64,000 nucleotides of DNA from Octopus sinensis (taxonomy: Eukaryota): assembly GCF_006345805.1 (NCBI RefSeq), contig NC_043013.1, positions 28,520,001 to 28,584,000 of the forward strand, given 5' to 3'. Below the pieces are notes generated by a model, which ran no database searches, was not told the origin of the DNA, and saw nothing but the letters and a program-made list of their open reading frames with translations. The position numbers and the translations under genes were made by a program. How positions within the stretch are numbered: the first letter of the stretch is position 1; every line of letters begins with the position of its first letter. Of this stretch, positions 51,771 to 64,000 are shown piece after piece.

Positions 51771-52074
51771 ATATTGATTAATCATATGGGTGCTGTGTTG
51801 CAGGTTGGGCATATTGTACTCCCACCACTGTTTAATCTGCCTGTTGTTGATCAGCTGTAATGCATGAAATTTATGTAATTAGTCAAATCTTCAGTTGTGT
51901 TTTACAAATTAATTTTTTCATATAGGGCAATGCGTTCTTCAATCACCTGTACATCTGACTCCTTAAATGAGCATGTCCAGTGTCTTTATGGTTCTGCCAG
52001 CTCATTACCATAATAATAATGGTGACGATGAAGATGATGATGATGATGACGAGGATGAGGATGATGACGATGAT

Positions 52075-52301
52075 TGCTCATGGGAACTCCCCATATCCTA
52101 CGTAAAATACCTTCTATGTAATCTCAAATTTTAAAACAAATTTTCTTATGTTTTCTTAAACATTCTCTAGAACAATATTATGTGCAAAACCAAATATATG
52201 CACCCTAGGCATAACACCAGCATGAACTTCTAACTTGTCTCTTGAGGTCTCTGGGCGAGACTTGGTGTCAACTTGTCCAAATACATAGCAAACGTCAAGC
52301 A

Positions 52302-52342
<41 letters not shown>
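52075..52342 (+). mobile_element. R4/Dong-like LINE 3' end with (TAA)n tail
   Basis: ctcatgggaactccccatatcctacgtaaaata (LMGT.HILRKI), 3' UTR, then aataataat. Confidence 0.6.
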
Positions 52343-53060
52343 CCTTTCTATTATAGACACAAAGCTTGGAATTTGGTGGACGGGTAAGTCAATGATATCA
52401 ACCCTAATACTCAACTGGTACGATAGTTTCTACTATAGGTACAAGGTCTGAAATTTTGAAGCAGGGAGCTAGTTGATTACATCAACCCCAGTGCTCAGCT
52501 GGTACTATTTCTTCAACCCTGAATGGGTGAAAGGCAAAGTTGACCTCAAAAGAATTTGAACTTAGAATCTAAAAGCAGAAGAAATGCCTCTAAGCATTTT
52601 GACTTATACACTAATGATTCTGCCAGCTTGTCACCTTCGAAATTATTAATATCAATAATAATAATAATAATGGCTTATGTCTGTCTTTACGTTCTGAGTT
52701 CAAATTCTGCCGAGGTTGACTTTGCCTTTCATCCTTCCAGGGTTGATAAATTAAGTACCAGTTGCATACTGAGGTCGACCTAATCGACTGCACACCCCCA
52801 AATTTTTGGCCTTGTGCTTAGAGTCGAGAATAATAATAATAATAACAATGGGTTAAAATTTTGCCACAGCAGTTTTGAGAGAGGGAATGAGTTGATTACA
52901 TCAATCCCAGTGTATAACTGGTACTTATTTTATCGACCCCAAAAAGATGAAAAGCAAAATCAGCCTCAGCCGAATTTGAACTTGGAATGTGAAGATGATC
53001 AAAATACCATGAAGCATTTCATCTGGTGTGCTAATGATTCTGCTGGTTCACCACCCTATC
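52342..53060. mobile_element. Cluster of family-A SINEs in alternating orientation
   Basis: Minus 52342-52640, plus 52670-52830, minus 52850-53060. Confidence 0.75.
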
Positions 53061-53659
53061 GATAATAATAATGATGATGATACTGATGATGATGGTGATG
53101 ATAAGGAAGATAATGAGGAAGTAAATTAAAATGACTCCAGTATGTAGAGATAAGCTATTTACTAAAGAATGAATAAATTATTTGAATCATAAAGAATATC
53201 ATTTATTAATAACAAAGACTAACGACTGAGTGAATTGATTGACTGTTTCTTCATGTCAGCTGTAATCGTTTTTCAAATAAAGGCTACTTTTCCTGCATTT
53301 AGAATTCCATTTGCATCTAGGATACATTATAAAAGAACATAAATCGACCCTGAATATTTGACTAAAATTTTCTTTTATTGACCCTAGAAGGAGGAAACTC
53401 AAAGTTGACATTAGTGGCATTTGAATTCAGAACATAAAAATGCTGGTATGGGTGCCTGGTTAAGTAGCCTGCTTTGCAACTATATAGCTGTGGGTTCAGT
53501 CCCATTGCATGACACTTTTAGCCATTGTCTTCTACTGTAGCCTTAGCTTGACCAATGCTTTGCGAGTGAATTTGGAAGATGACCGATTTCAGGATGGCTT
53601 CTCTAGCCTTAGCCTGACCAAATAAGTGAACTTGAGAGATGGCTGATTTTAGGATGACT

Positions 53660-54450
53660 TCCAAGCTTTTGACTGATCCGAATTGATCAGAACCCCACTT
53701 ATCATGTACCACAGGAGGTGGAGGCTGTCATGTATATACCTGTTTGGAAGCATGCACATTTGCACTTCCCTGACCAGGTCATTAATGACAATTACCAACC
53801 ATTTTGCTAACACCATGGTTATAACCTTAAACTCTGTGTTTAGTAGAGCTATGGGATGAAAATTACCTAGCACATCTCATTTATCAGCATTTTTTTTTTC
53901 AGCAGCTTTATCACTTCCTGACTCACAACACTAAGAATTCTCCCATTTTGCTGCCAGTTATGGGAGTTGATTGGTTACCAAACAAATGTGGCATGAACTT
54001 GTAGAATTCATTGAGTAGATCATCCAAGTTGGGTCATTTGTGCTTTGTACACCTGCTCATTGCCTCCCATATTTCAGTGGCTGTTATTGGCATTTTGCAG
54101 AACCTTGTCTCTTCTGCTGAGAGCCATGAAAGGCTTTCTGGGTATGAAGTAAAGTTCTCTTCTGTCACAAACCCATCACCCTCCCCCAAACAGTCATGCA
54201 AAGTGCTGCTGGAAAACTGCACACATCTGCACAGAACTAAATAGCTCATGTCCTGGTCTATCAAAGACCTGATTCTGGTTTTGCTGCTATGCTGTGTCTT
54301 CACTGCTTGGGTTCATTGGACAGCTTTAGTTCCCTTGTCTTTGAACACATGCAACTTTGGTCTTACAATATACAGCCTTTGTGTTTTGTCTTGAAGAAAT
54401 GGTCCAAAGTCATTTTCATTGCTAGTACATTGGTTCTGATAGCTTTACTA
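53660..54450 (-). pseudogene. Decayed L1/Tx1-like ORF2 (RT N-terminal domains)
   Basis: GNFHPIALLNTEFKVITMVLAKWL...LPNRYIHDSL...DQSKA, with upstream PITATEIWEAM. Confidence 0.8.
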
Positions 54451-54491
54451 ATCGCCTCTTCTTGGTTGCAAATTAGTTCTTCCTCTACTCA

Positions 54492-54678
54492 TAGGCATGG
54501 GAGTGGCTGTGTAGTAAGTAGCTTGCTTACCAACCACATGGTTCCAAATCCACTTACAAGGCTTTGGTCGGCCTGAGGCTATAGTAGAAAACACTTGACC
54601 AAGGTGCCACGCAGTGAGACTGAACCCGGAATCATGTAGGTGGGAAGCAAGCTTCTTACCACACAGCCACACCTGTAC
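54492..54678. mobile_element. Two family-B SINE heads in inverted arrangement
   Basis: Plus head 54492-54545 fused to minus copy 54546-54678. Confidence 0.7.
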
Positions 54679-55366
54679 CCTGTTGAACCGAATTAACAGA
54701 GCACAGCCATTACACTCCAAATGTCTCCATAAAGATTTAAATAACACAAAGCTTCTCACTTGCTGTCTCATAAGAGTCACTCTTTACAATCAGCATGTTT
54801 CGAATTTTATTCACCACTCAATCCTAGTTTAAACAACAATAAATTTAATTTAATTATTGAAGTTTAAATGTAATAGATTTAACTCTTAACAGAGTCTGTT
54901 GTTTCAACTTGTTAACACAGACTCATTCTTATCCACGACTGTCTTTCTTTTCGCCTTTTGTTGTTATCTTCATTGTCATCACCGCCACCACCACCGACAT
55001 CACTACTATCATCATCATCATCATCACCACCACCACCACCACCACCACCAACACCACCACCACCACGACCATTGTCCTCATCGTCGTCATGATGATGATG
55101 ATGATGATGATGATCATCATCATCATCATATCGTCATCATCGAAATCATCATTACCATTATCATAAACAGTGTACCGTTGTCATCACCACCACCATCTTC
55201 ATCATCATCATTATGATGATGATCATCAACATCACCAACATTGTCAACATCATCATCATCATCATCATCATCACACTGTCATTGACATCATCGTCATTAT
55301 CACCATTGCCATCCTCATCGTCGTCATCGTCGTTGTCTGCATCATCATCATCATCATCACCGTTAC

Positions 55367-55416
<50 letters not shown>

Positions 55417-56081
55417 CTTTTCTGTGGTTGTTAGGCTTCCATTCAGTTGAAAGACTTACTTTGTAGATAACTTCGAATTTATTTCTCCCTGCTCCACCCT
55501 TACCCCTGTCCACCCCACCTTGCCACCCAATTAAAATCTAACACATTGTTGCTGTTGAAAAGGCTTTAAATTAAATTTTGATTATGTGTGCATGGGTGTC
55601 TATATTTGTATGTATGTATGTACGTATACCTGATTGCATGTGTGTGTGCATAATATATATGTATATACATACATGCATATATACATACATACATACATAT
55701 ATATATATAAACATGTGTATGTCTGCCATAGTGTATATGCATATGTATGTATATATGTATGTGTGTGTGTGTGTGAGTGTATATATATGTATGTATGTAT
55801 GTATACATATGTACAGACATACATGTACACATGTGCACATGTATCTATATACACACTCAAACTCACTTGTCTATGTTTGTGTGTGTATTTATACATGTGT
55901 GTTTATGTGCAAACATGTTTTGTCTATTTTGTAAAACTCTTTTGTAAAATTAATAACATGCTAGAATTTATTAAAAGCTATGAAAATAGTTTTAAATTAA
56001 CAAAATATGTGCGTGTGTGCATCTCTCTCTCTCTCTCTCTCTCTTATATATATATATATATATATATATACATACACATAC

Positions 56082-56142
<61 letters not shown>

Positions 56143-56315
56143 AATGTATGTGTGTGTGTAATATATATATATATATAAAACCAAATTTGAAATTTAAATT
56201 TTTTCTTCAATTTGAATGTCTCAATCATCTGATAATATAATTTAAGTTTATCAGTTTAAAAAAATATCATATAAAAATTACAAGCAGTGAGACTGAATAT
56301 ATATATATTCATTCG

Positions 56316-56352
<37 letters not shown>

Positions 56353-57451
56353 CTTTACTCTCTCTCTCTGTATATTTGTGTGTGTGTGTGCACATGTGAA
56401 TACACACACATACATGTTGAGAGAGTGTGGGTGACAGACAAGCAGGCATGCAGACACTTTGTGTTCTGCTGATAGAAAACAGAAAGTAGAGATAAGACTA
56501 TGACTTCTCTTCTGAAGCTTCTTCTTATATGGAATGGCTGTGTGTGTGTGTGTGTGTGTGTGTGTTTGTGTGTGTGTGTTTGTGTGTGTGTTCGTAGGGC
56601 TCTCTACATGTGAATATAACCATGTTGTGATGTGTGTGTGTATGAAGCCAACTAAAAAAAGGGAAATCTCCAGTTTTTTTTCTAGATCTCATTCAACATT
56701 TTATCACCACCACCACCACCACCACCACCACCACCATACCCTCCAACACCACCACCACCATACCCACCACCACCACCACCTCCACCATCATCATCATTAT
56801 CAACATTGTCAGTTAATGTCCGTGTTTCATGCTAGCCTGGGTTGGACAGTTTGATGGGGTCCAGTGGGTCGAAAGACTACATCATGCCCCCAATGTCTGT
56901 TTAGAAGACATTTGTTCAAGATGCCACACAGTAGAACTGAACCTGGAACCAGGTGGTTGGGAAGCAAGCTTCTTACCACACAGCCTCATCTGCACCTCAA
57001 TTTCATTATTTTTTTAATTTCAAAATATTCTGTGAAATACATATTTTACTGGCATGCATTGAGAGTTGGAACCCAACTTGAGATATGTTTAATACCTGTT
57101 TAATACCAATTAAATACCAGTTAATACTAGTTAAATCAGTTAATTAGTTAAATCAACGCTGCTTAGGGAATTTTTTCTTACCTCAACAAGTGAAAAAAAA
57201 AAGTTTCTGAATCCATTTACCAAAATAAGTGACCTACTTTCCCCTCACTTTGTCTATACATGCTAAGCCTAACAGATTTTTTTTCTTTCTGTATGTGTTC
57301 ATTCAAATGGATTCTAGTGATACATTACTGATATTGAAAGATTTTACAACTGAGACGGTGTAAGCTTTATATCAAGCATTGATCATAACAACTATATGTA
57401 TTCAAATGGATTGTTTCTGTCTCCATTCTCATTTAAAGGACTCTTACTTAT

Positions 57452-57671
57452 CCCCTTAGCATTCAGATTATTCTGTCAACTGTAATACATATTTATTTTC
57501 ATTGTTTTGAATTAATCATGCATTATCTCATAGATTTGAGATTTCAATGATGTGACTGTTTGTTTTTACAATGACACTGTAGTGTAGTTGTGAGAGGCTG
57601 GATCTATCTAGTTTGAACATACAACATGAGGAAAATTTGGGCCTGATACGGTTGGCTTAGATGCTAAAAGG
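57452..57671. mobile_element. piggyBac-like MITE (same family as 29130-29351)
   Basis: ccccttagcattcagatt...atgctaaaagg|TTAA. Confidence 0.7.
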
Positions 57672-59338
57672 TTAATAGAACTGTGTATATACCATAGTTG
57701 AAGGCATGTGGCCTTGTGGTAATCGTAAAACCATGGTTTCAATGTATAACCATACATGTCTGCCTTAGGGCCCCACTCACTAGATCTTCTGTAGGGCTTT
57801 ACTTTCTTAGCCCTTTTTAAATGCCTATTAAATAAGGCAGTAAGGATGAGCTTTAACAAACCTTGTGTATAGTTCAATGGAGATTTAGCTGCTATTTTTA
57901 GAATCTTGAGTGACCATGTAAAGTCTATCTCTCTCTCTCCTTTTTCTCTCTTTCTCTGTTTTCTCTCCCTCTTTCTCTCATTTCTTATTTCCCTTTCTCT
58001 CCTTCTCTCTCAGAAATGGCCTTAGTGCAATGTGAGTTCAAATCATATTGAGATCAACTTTAACTTTCTCCTGTTGGGGGTCAATAAATATAATACTAGT
58101 TCAGTGCTAAGGCTGACTCCTCTCTCTCTCCCCTTCTCTCTTACTCTCTCTCCTCTGTCTCTCTCTCTCTCTCTCTCACTCTCTCTCACTCTTTCTTCTC
58201 TCTCCCCTTCTGGCCCCTCTCATTGGCCCAGGGTCAATAAATATAATATCAGTTTAGTGCTAAGGTCGACTCCTCTCTCTCTCACTCTCTCTCCTCTGCC
58301 TCTCTCTCTTCTGCCTCTCTCTTCTCACTTTCTTCTCCCTCCCCTTCTGGCCCCACTCAATTGCCCAGGGTCAATAAAGGTGATACCAGTTCAATACTAC
58401 AGTTGACTCTTCTCTCTCTCCTCTCTCTCTCCCTGTCTCTCCATTTCTCTCTCTCTCTCTCTTGTTTGTTCCTCCTCTTTCCTTAATTCATGTTTAAATA
58501 TTTATGTTATTTAATACATACCATTCAATTTAATAAGATGGTAATCAATCGAAAGATTATTTTGCCTTGAAGAAACTATTCTTAACGTAATTCTAAACGT
58601 ACCAACCTCTTTGAGAAAACAGTAGAAATTACACAGCATCTTGTAGTATTATGAAGCCTTTCTCTCAAAGTAACACTTCTTTTGTCATTCCTCATTTAAA
58701 ATTCTTTAGCATTGTTTCCTATTTGATATCATTCACATCCAAAGCGTGTATCACACTCTGCTAAATATCATTTAAAATCCACAAGCTTCCGCTGTTTGTA
58801 TTATTTTTGGATAATGATTAAAGGGGACTTTTTGAAATTACCATTCCATTACCTGAATTAGTCTGCTGCAGGCACTACTACTTAATGAGTTTACTTTCAG
58901 ACTTTCTGTGCAAAGAAAGATAGAACAGCTTTTGAAGTCTGAAGTCACACATTTTCTGATAACCTTTACATTAACTCTAGATGCTAGCAAGTTGAATTAT
59001 TTGCTAGGGAGGGTTGGTTTAGCTGTCAAAAGTGGCTTGAAGCCTAAGAGGTTTTAATCTCTCTCTCTCTCTCTCTCTATTTATTTTTATCATTCAATGA
59101 AGTGTATATTTATGAAGGATTTTAATTGGCAACTGGCTAAACTAATTTCCACAGAGTCGCAACCTTCAGGAATCTGCAAAGCTCATATGTCTAATGACTT
59201 TCTAGTTCTGTCAGGTTGACAAAATCCTATTAAAAAACTAATTTATAGTCTTTTCATGTTTATTGATATCTGGGGAAGTTAATTAGAAAGAAACGAATGT
59301 ATTACCTTATATAGTTGTGTAAACATTCAATCTTTATT

Positions 59339-59395
<57 letters not shown>

Positions 59396-60934
59396 TTTGA
59401 AGATGAAGTTAATGAGTTAGTTTATAAATGTATAATATTTTCAGGAGAATGAAATCTTTACATAACAGCAAGAAGATTTTCAAACAGAGAAGAGATAATT
59501 GGCAAAAAAGAAGAAAAAAAAGGGGGGGGGAAGAAAAAAAGAGGGGATAAAAAAATGAAAAAAAAACCCGTAATTTGCTTTTGTTTGTATGTTTCTGTTG
59601 TTGCTGTTGTTGTTGTTGTTATTTATATCCCTTCACTTATTTCTAATTCCCTTTAGCAGGTGCATAAATATTTCTTAACTACACATAATTTGTTTGTGTA
59701 TAATTTTCAATACACTGCAATGAGAATATATCATTTATGTCTTTGTGTATAAGGCTGTGTCACAAGAATTATTATTTTTCTTTATGTTTGGACTGTTTGG
59801 GAGTCACATTAAGCACTTGCTTACATACATATATGCACACACATGTATACACACATATATACATATACGCACAAACACACATGCGTGCATGCATGCATTG
59901 CTGGGTAGAGACACAGTGCAAGCACTTACACCCACATAAATAGACACAAACATGCGTAAATATAACTATTTTTCATTTTAATTCGTATTCAAAGTACATC
60001 CATTATCAATGTTTTAAAAATATTTTAATAACTTCTTTCATATAAAGCTATTGCTTCAAATTTATAGGGGAGGGTGGGTTCTGTATGGAGATTAGATGGT
60101 GTTCATGCACAATTCCCAAATAAATTAATGTCGTGAACGAAGTGAAGTCGTTACATCTGGGAATTAAAACTCAGTCAAGAGACACTCTTGGCACTTCTAC
60201 ATTGTTCATTGCGCGTGCGCATGCACACACATACACACACGCTCACACACACACACACACGCTCTCTCTCACACACACACACACACACGCTCTCTCTCAC
60301 ACACACACACAGAGTTTCTTTCCTTTTGTTCTATTGTAGCTGTTGATGTGAAGCATCAGATCTTTGAACCTTGTTAATATCAACCCCCAACTGGGACTAC
60401 TTATATTTTAGTGTTCATATTTAAATAAATATATCAATCAAAATCTCATTCCAACATCCCCCTCCTCCCCCTCTCCTTCCTCCTCCTCCTTTTCCTCCTC
60501 CTCATCATCATTTAATGTCTGTTTTTCCGTGCTGGCATGGGTTGGATGGTTTGGCAGGAGCCTGCAACCCAGAGGGCTGCATCAGTCTCCAGTCGTCTGT
60601 TTTGGTATGGTTTCTATGCCAACCACTTTACAAAGTACACCAAGTGCTTTTTATGTGGCGCCAACATTGCTGCTTTCTATCTGATACCAGCACAGGTGCT
60701 CTTTATATGGTACCAACACTAGTGCTTTTTAAATGGCAATAATGTAAGATTCCAGGATTCCACAGTTCTATATTTAAGAGATGAGGAATTATGTACATTA
60801 TTTACATTTGACGGATGTTTGTTCTCATCTTGTTTGCTGTTAACATGTTTCAGCTGATATGCTCTCCAGCCTTCATCAGGTGTCTTGGGGAAATTTCAAA
60901 CCTGGGTTCTCATGCCTAAAGTATTTTTTGATGC

Positions 60935-60979
<45 letters not shown>

Positions 60980-61101
60980 CATTATTATTACTATCATTCA
61001 GGTCACTGCTTGTAATCGATCTCGGAATCTTGTGGTTAATAGCCCATGCTCTTAACCACTAAGCCACATGCACGCTCTTAAACACTACGCCATATGCCAC
61101 A

Positions 61102-61178
61102 GGCATATGGCATAGTGGTTAAGAGCATGGGCTACTAACCCCAAGATTCTGAGTTCGATTCCAAGCAGTGACCTGAAT
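61102..61178 (+). promoter_or_regulatory. tRNA-like Pol III internal promoter (SINE head)
   Basis: A-box tggcatagtgg at 61108-61118, anticodon-like arm ggg ctactaa ccc, B-box gagttcgattcc at 61151-61162. Confidence 0.8.
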
Positions 61179-61199
61179 GATAGTAGTAGTAGTAGTAAT

Positions 61200-62810
61200 C
61201 ATCATCATCATCATCATCATCATTTAGCGTCCGTTTTCCATGCTAGCATGGGTTGGACGGTTCAACTGGGGTCTGGGGAGCCCGAAGGCTGCACCAGGCC
61301 AGTCAGATCTGGCAGTGTTTCTACAGCTGGATGCCCTTCCTAACGCCAACCACTCCGAGAGTGTAGTGGGTGATTTTATGTGCCACCGACACAGGTGCCA
61401 GACGAGGCTGGCGAACGGCCACGCTCGGATGGTGTTTTTATGTGCCACCGACACAGGTGCCAGACGAGGCTGGCAGACGGCCACGCTCTGATGGTGTTTT
61501 TATGTGCCACCGACACAGGTGCCAGATGAGGCTGGCGGACGGCCCTGATCGGATGGTGTTTGTTACGTCCCCAAAGCACGGAGGCCAGTCTATGCGGTAC
61601 TGGCTATGGCCACGTTCGGATGATTTTCTTGTGTGCCACCGGCACTGGTACCACAAAGATACAAATTCCATTGATGTTCATCTATTTTGATTTGTTTTGA
61701 TTTGATTTTCACTTGCCTCAACAGGTCTTCACAAGTGTCACAAGAAGGAAGGTATGCACAGGTGGACTGACTACGTCCCAGGTAGGGGCCACGGGTTATG
61801 GCCTGACTAGTCTTGCCGGGTCTTCGGATGGTGTTTTTATGTGCCACCGACACAGGTGCCAGATGAGGCTGGCGAACGGCCACGATCGGATGGTGTTTGT
61901 TACGTGCCCACAGCACGGAGGCCAGTCGATGCGGTACTGGCTACGGCCACGTTCGGATGGTTTTCTTGTGTGTCACCGGCACTGGTACCACAAAGATACA
62001 AATTCCATTGATGTTCATCTATTTTGATTTGATTTGATTTGATTTTTGATTTTCACTTGCCTCAACAGGTCTTCACAGGTCTTCACAAGTGTCACAGGAA
62101 GGAAGGAAGGTATGCACAGGGGACTGACTACGTCCCAAGTAGGGGCCACGGGTTATGGCCTGACTAGTCTTGCCGGGTCTTCGGTTGGTGTTTTTATGTG
62201 CCACCGACACAGGTGCCAGATGAGGCTGGCGAACGGCCACGATCGGATGGTGTTTGTTATGTGCCCACGTCACAGAGGCCAGTCGATGCGGTACTGGCTA
62301 CGGCCACGTTCGGATGGTTTTCTTGTGTGCCAACGGTACTGGTACCACAAAGATACAAATTCCATTGATGTTCATCTATTTTGATTTGGTTTGATTTGAT
62401 TTGATTTGATTTTCACTTGCCTCAACAGGTCTTGATTTGATTTGATTTGATTTTCACTTGCCTCAACAGGTCTACACAAGTGTCACACACTTGCCTCAAC
62501 AGGTCTTCACAAGTGTCATAAGTAGGTGTCACACACTTGCCTCAACAGGTCTTCACAAGTGTCATAAGTAGGAAGGTATGCACAGGTGGACTGACTACGT
62601 CGCCGGGTCTTCGGATGGTGTTTTTATGTGCCACCGACACAGGTGCCAGATGAGGCTGGCGAATGGCCACGATCAGATGGTGTTTGTTGTGCCCACAGCA
62701 CGGAGGCCAGTCGATGCGGTACTGGCTACGGCCACGTTCGGATGGTTTTCTTGTGTGCCACCGGTACTGGAACCACAAAGATACAAATTCCATTGATGTT
62801 CATCTATTTT
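61200..62810 (-). mobile_element. RTE 3'-UTR expanded into a hierarchical tandem array (~59-bp units within ~340-430-bp units)
   Basis: ccacaaagatacaaattccattgatgttcatctatttt recurs at ~61651, 61987, 62345, 62774; (CAT)n tail at 61200-61223. Confidence 0.85.
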
Positions 62811-62811
62811 C

Positions 62812-62848
<37 letters not shown>

Positions 62849-62894
62849 TTGAAAAATATCTTAGGAATGAGAACCCAAGTTCGAAATTTCCCCC

Positions 62895-62940
62895 AAAATC
62901 TGATGAAGGTTGATGGGTATATCAGCCGAAACGTTGTGTT
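62895..62940 (+). ncRNA. Minimal type I hammerhead ribozyme (GUU site) in the SINE tail
   Basis: CUGAUGA(62900-62906) a gguugau ggguau aucagcc GAAA cgUU guguu; palindromic AACGUU helix III; stem I weakened in this copy. Confidence 0.72.
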
Positions 62941-64000
62941 AACAATAAACAAGATGGGGACAAATATCCATCAAATGTAAATAATGTAAATAATGTCCAG
63001 GATTCCAGTTATTCAGAATCAATGTACTATATACAAATATATGAGAGTTAGACATGTTTTACTAAAACCTCCAAATTTTTGATGATGTTAGAAATCAACC
63101 GAAGCATATCCATGGTCCACTAATTAGGAATATAATCATAGCAGAGTAAATTAGGATTGAATGATTTGAATTCTAACCTCAATCATAATGTTGGAAGAAT
63201 TACTTCACAGCATTTGTTCTGGTTCTTTGCATTCCGAGTTCAAATACTATTGAGGTTAATTTTGCCTTTTATACTTTTGTGATTGATAAAATAAAGGACT
63301 GGTCGTGTACTCAGATCAATGTAACTCACTAACCCCAAATCCCCATGTAGTCACTGAACCTGTTAGAAGCAGCAGGCATGTCTTCTTAAAACATACACTG
63401 CTGTCTTTAAAGAAATAAGGCTTCATTTAACTAGTAGTCTTGAAAATAAGATGTGATGGTCATTTTAGGTCTGCCAGATCAGGGTTAACATAGAAGCAAC
63501 AACAACAGCAACAACTATAGCAAAAACTACACTAGTGAATCAATGAACAAGCCTTTACATCAGGGGTGGGGAAACCTTTTAGTGTGGCAGGCAAAAATTT
63601 CCAAAGAAAAAGGTCCACAGGTGGGTCACAAGTTCTAACTCTTATATCTGTGTAAATCTTGTATACACCTATATATAATTTGATATACATTAATACAGAT
63701 AAGTTTAACTCATTAAATTAATGTGTAACATCTTCATTAACACCACCATTGAATTTAGGACATTTATATTACTTATGCGGTATTCTATATTTTTCAGCTA
63801 CAGTGTAGCTGGGTCTCAAGGGGGTGGTACAAACATAACAATATGTCTTTTATAGTGATAACAAAATTTCCATTCAAATGGCAATTACTAGATGATTTCT
63901 GTTCGAGTCTAACTGTTTTAAGTCAAAGTGGAAACACGACCTGTATCACAAATAGGCATATGGATATTACTCTTTTACTTGTTTCAGTCATTTGACTGCG

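Larger units (their letters stand above)
60763..62995. mobile_element. Head-to-head inverted dimer of a tRNA-headed, hammerhead-containing SINE with 12-bp TSD; RTE-UTR array nested in the right arm
   Basis: TSD tccaggattcca at 60751-60762 and 62996-63007; minus arm 60763-61098; plus arm 61102-61200 + 62811-62995. Confidence 0.8.

Noticed and set aside
61102-61178. Functional tRNA gene with ACT anticodon
   Set aside because: No acceptor stem pairing; continues into a repeat body and occurs as an inverted pair, so it is a SINE head
61370-62800. Regular ~59-bp repeats as a CRISPR array or repeat-protein gene
   Set aside because: Contiguous tandem units with no unique spacers; sequence matches the RTE 3' UTR copies elsewhere in the window

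Overview
AT-rich, microsatellite-saturated eukaryotic non-coding DNA with one 100-N scaffold gap. The repeat families resemble those of octopus (inference from recognised SINE/LINE types). No host exon is recognisable, and almost all ORFs in the track are microsatellite artefacts. The window contains two abundant tRNA-derived SINE families, RTE LINE 3' ends with an expandable ~60-bp minisatellite, R4/Dong-like restriction-endonuclease LINE fragments in (TAA)n, L1/Tx1 and RTE RT remnants, mariner/Tc1, hAT, piggyBac-like and Helentron-like relics, and a tRNA-Asp pseudogene. The main hidden signal is a dense set of hammerhead-ribozyme (HHR) motifs, about 7 with intact CUGANGA/GAAA cores and about 9 decayed, from several unrelated Penelope-like (PLE-type) non-autonomous elements. 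Three cases stand out: (i) a tRNA-headed, HHR-carrying SINE inserted as a head-to-head inverted dimer with a 12-bp TSD (60763-62995); (ii) a ~642-bp tandem retrozyme-like repeat (38072-39517); (iii) two divergent elements whose HHR strands are in a non-circularly permuted order with covarying helices (25938-26004, 35421-35493). All structures were paired by eye and none was computed.
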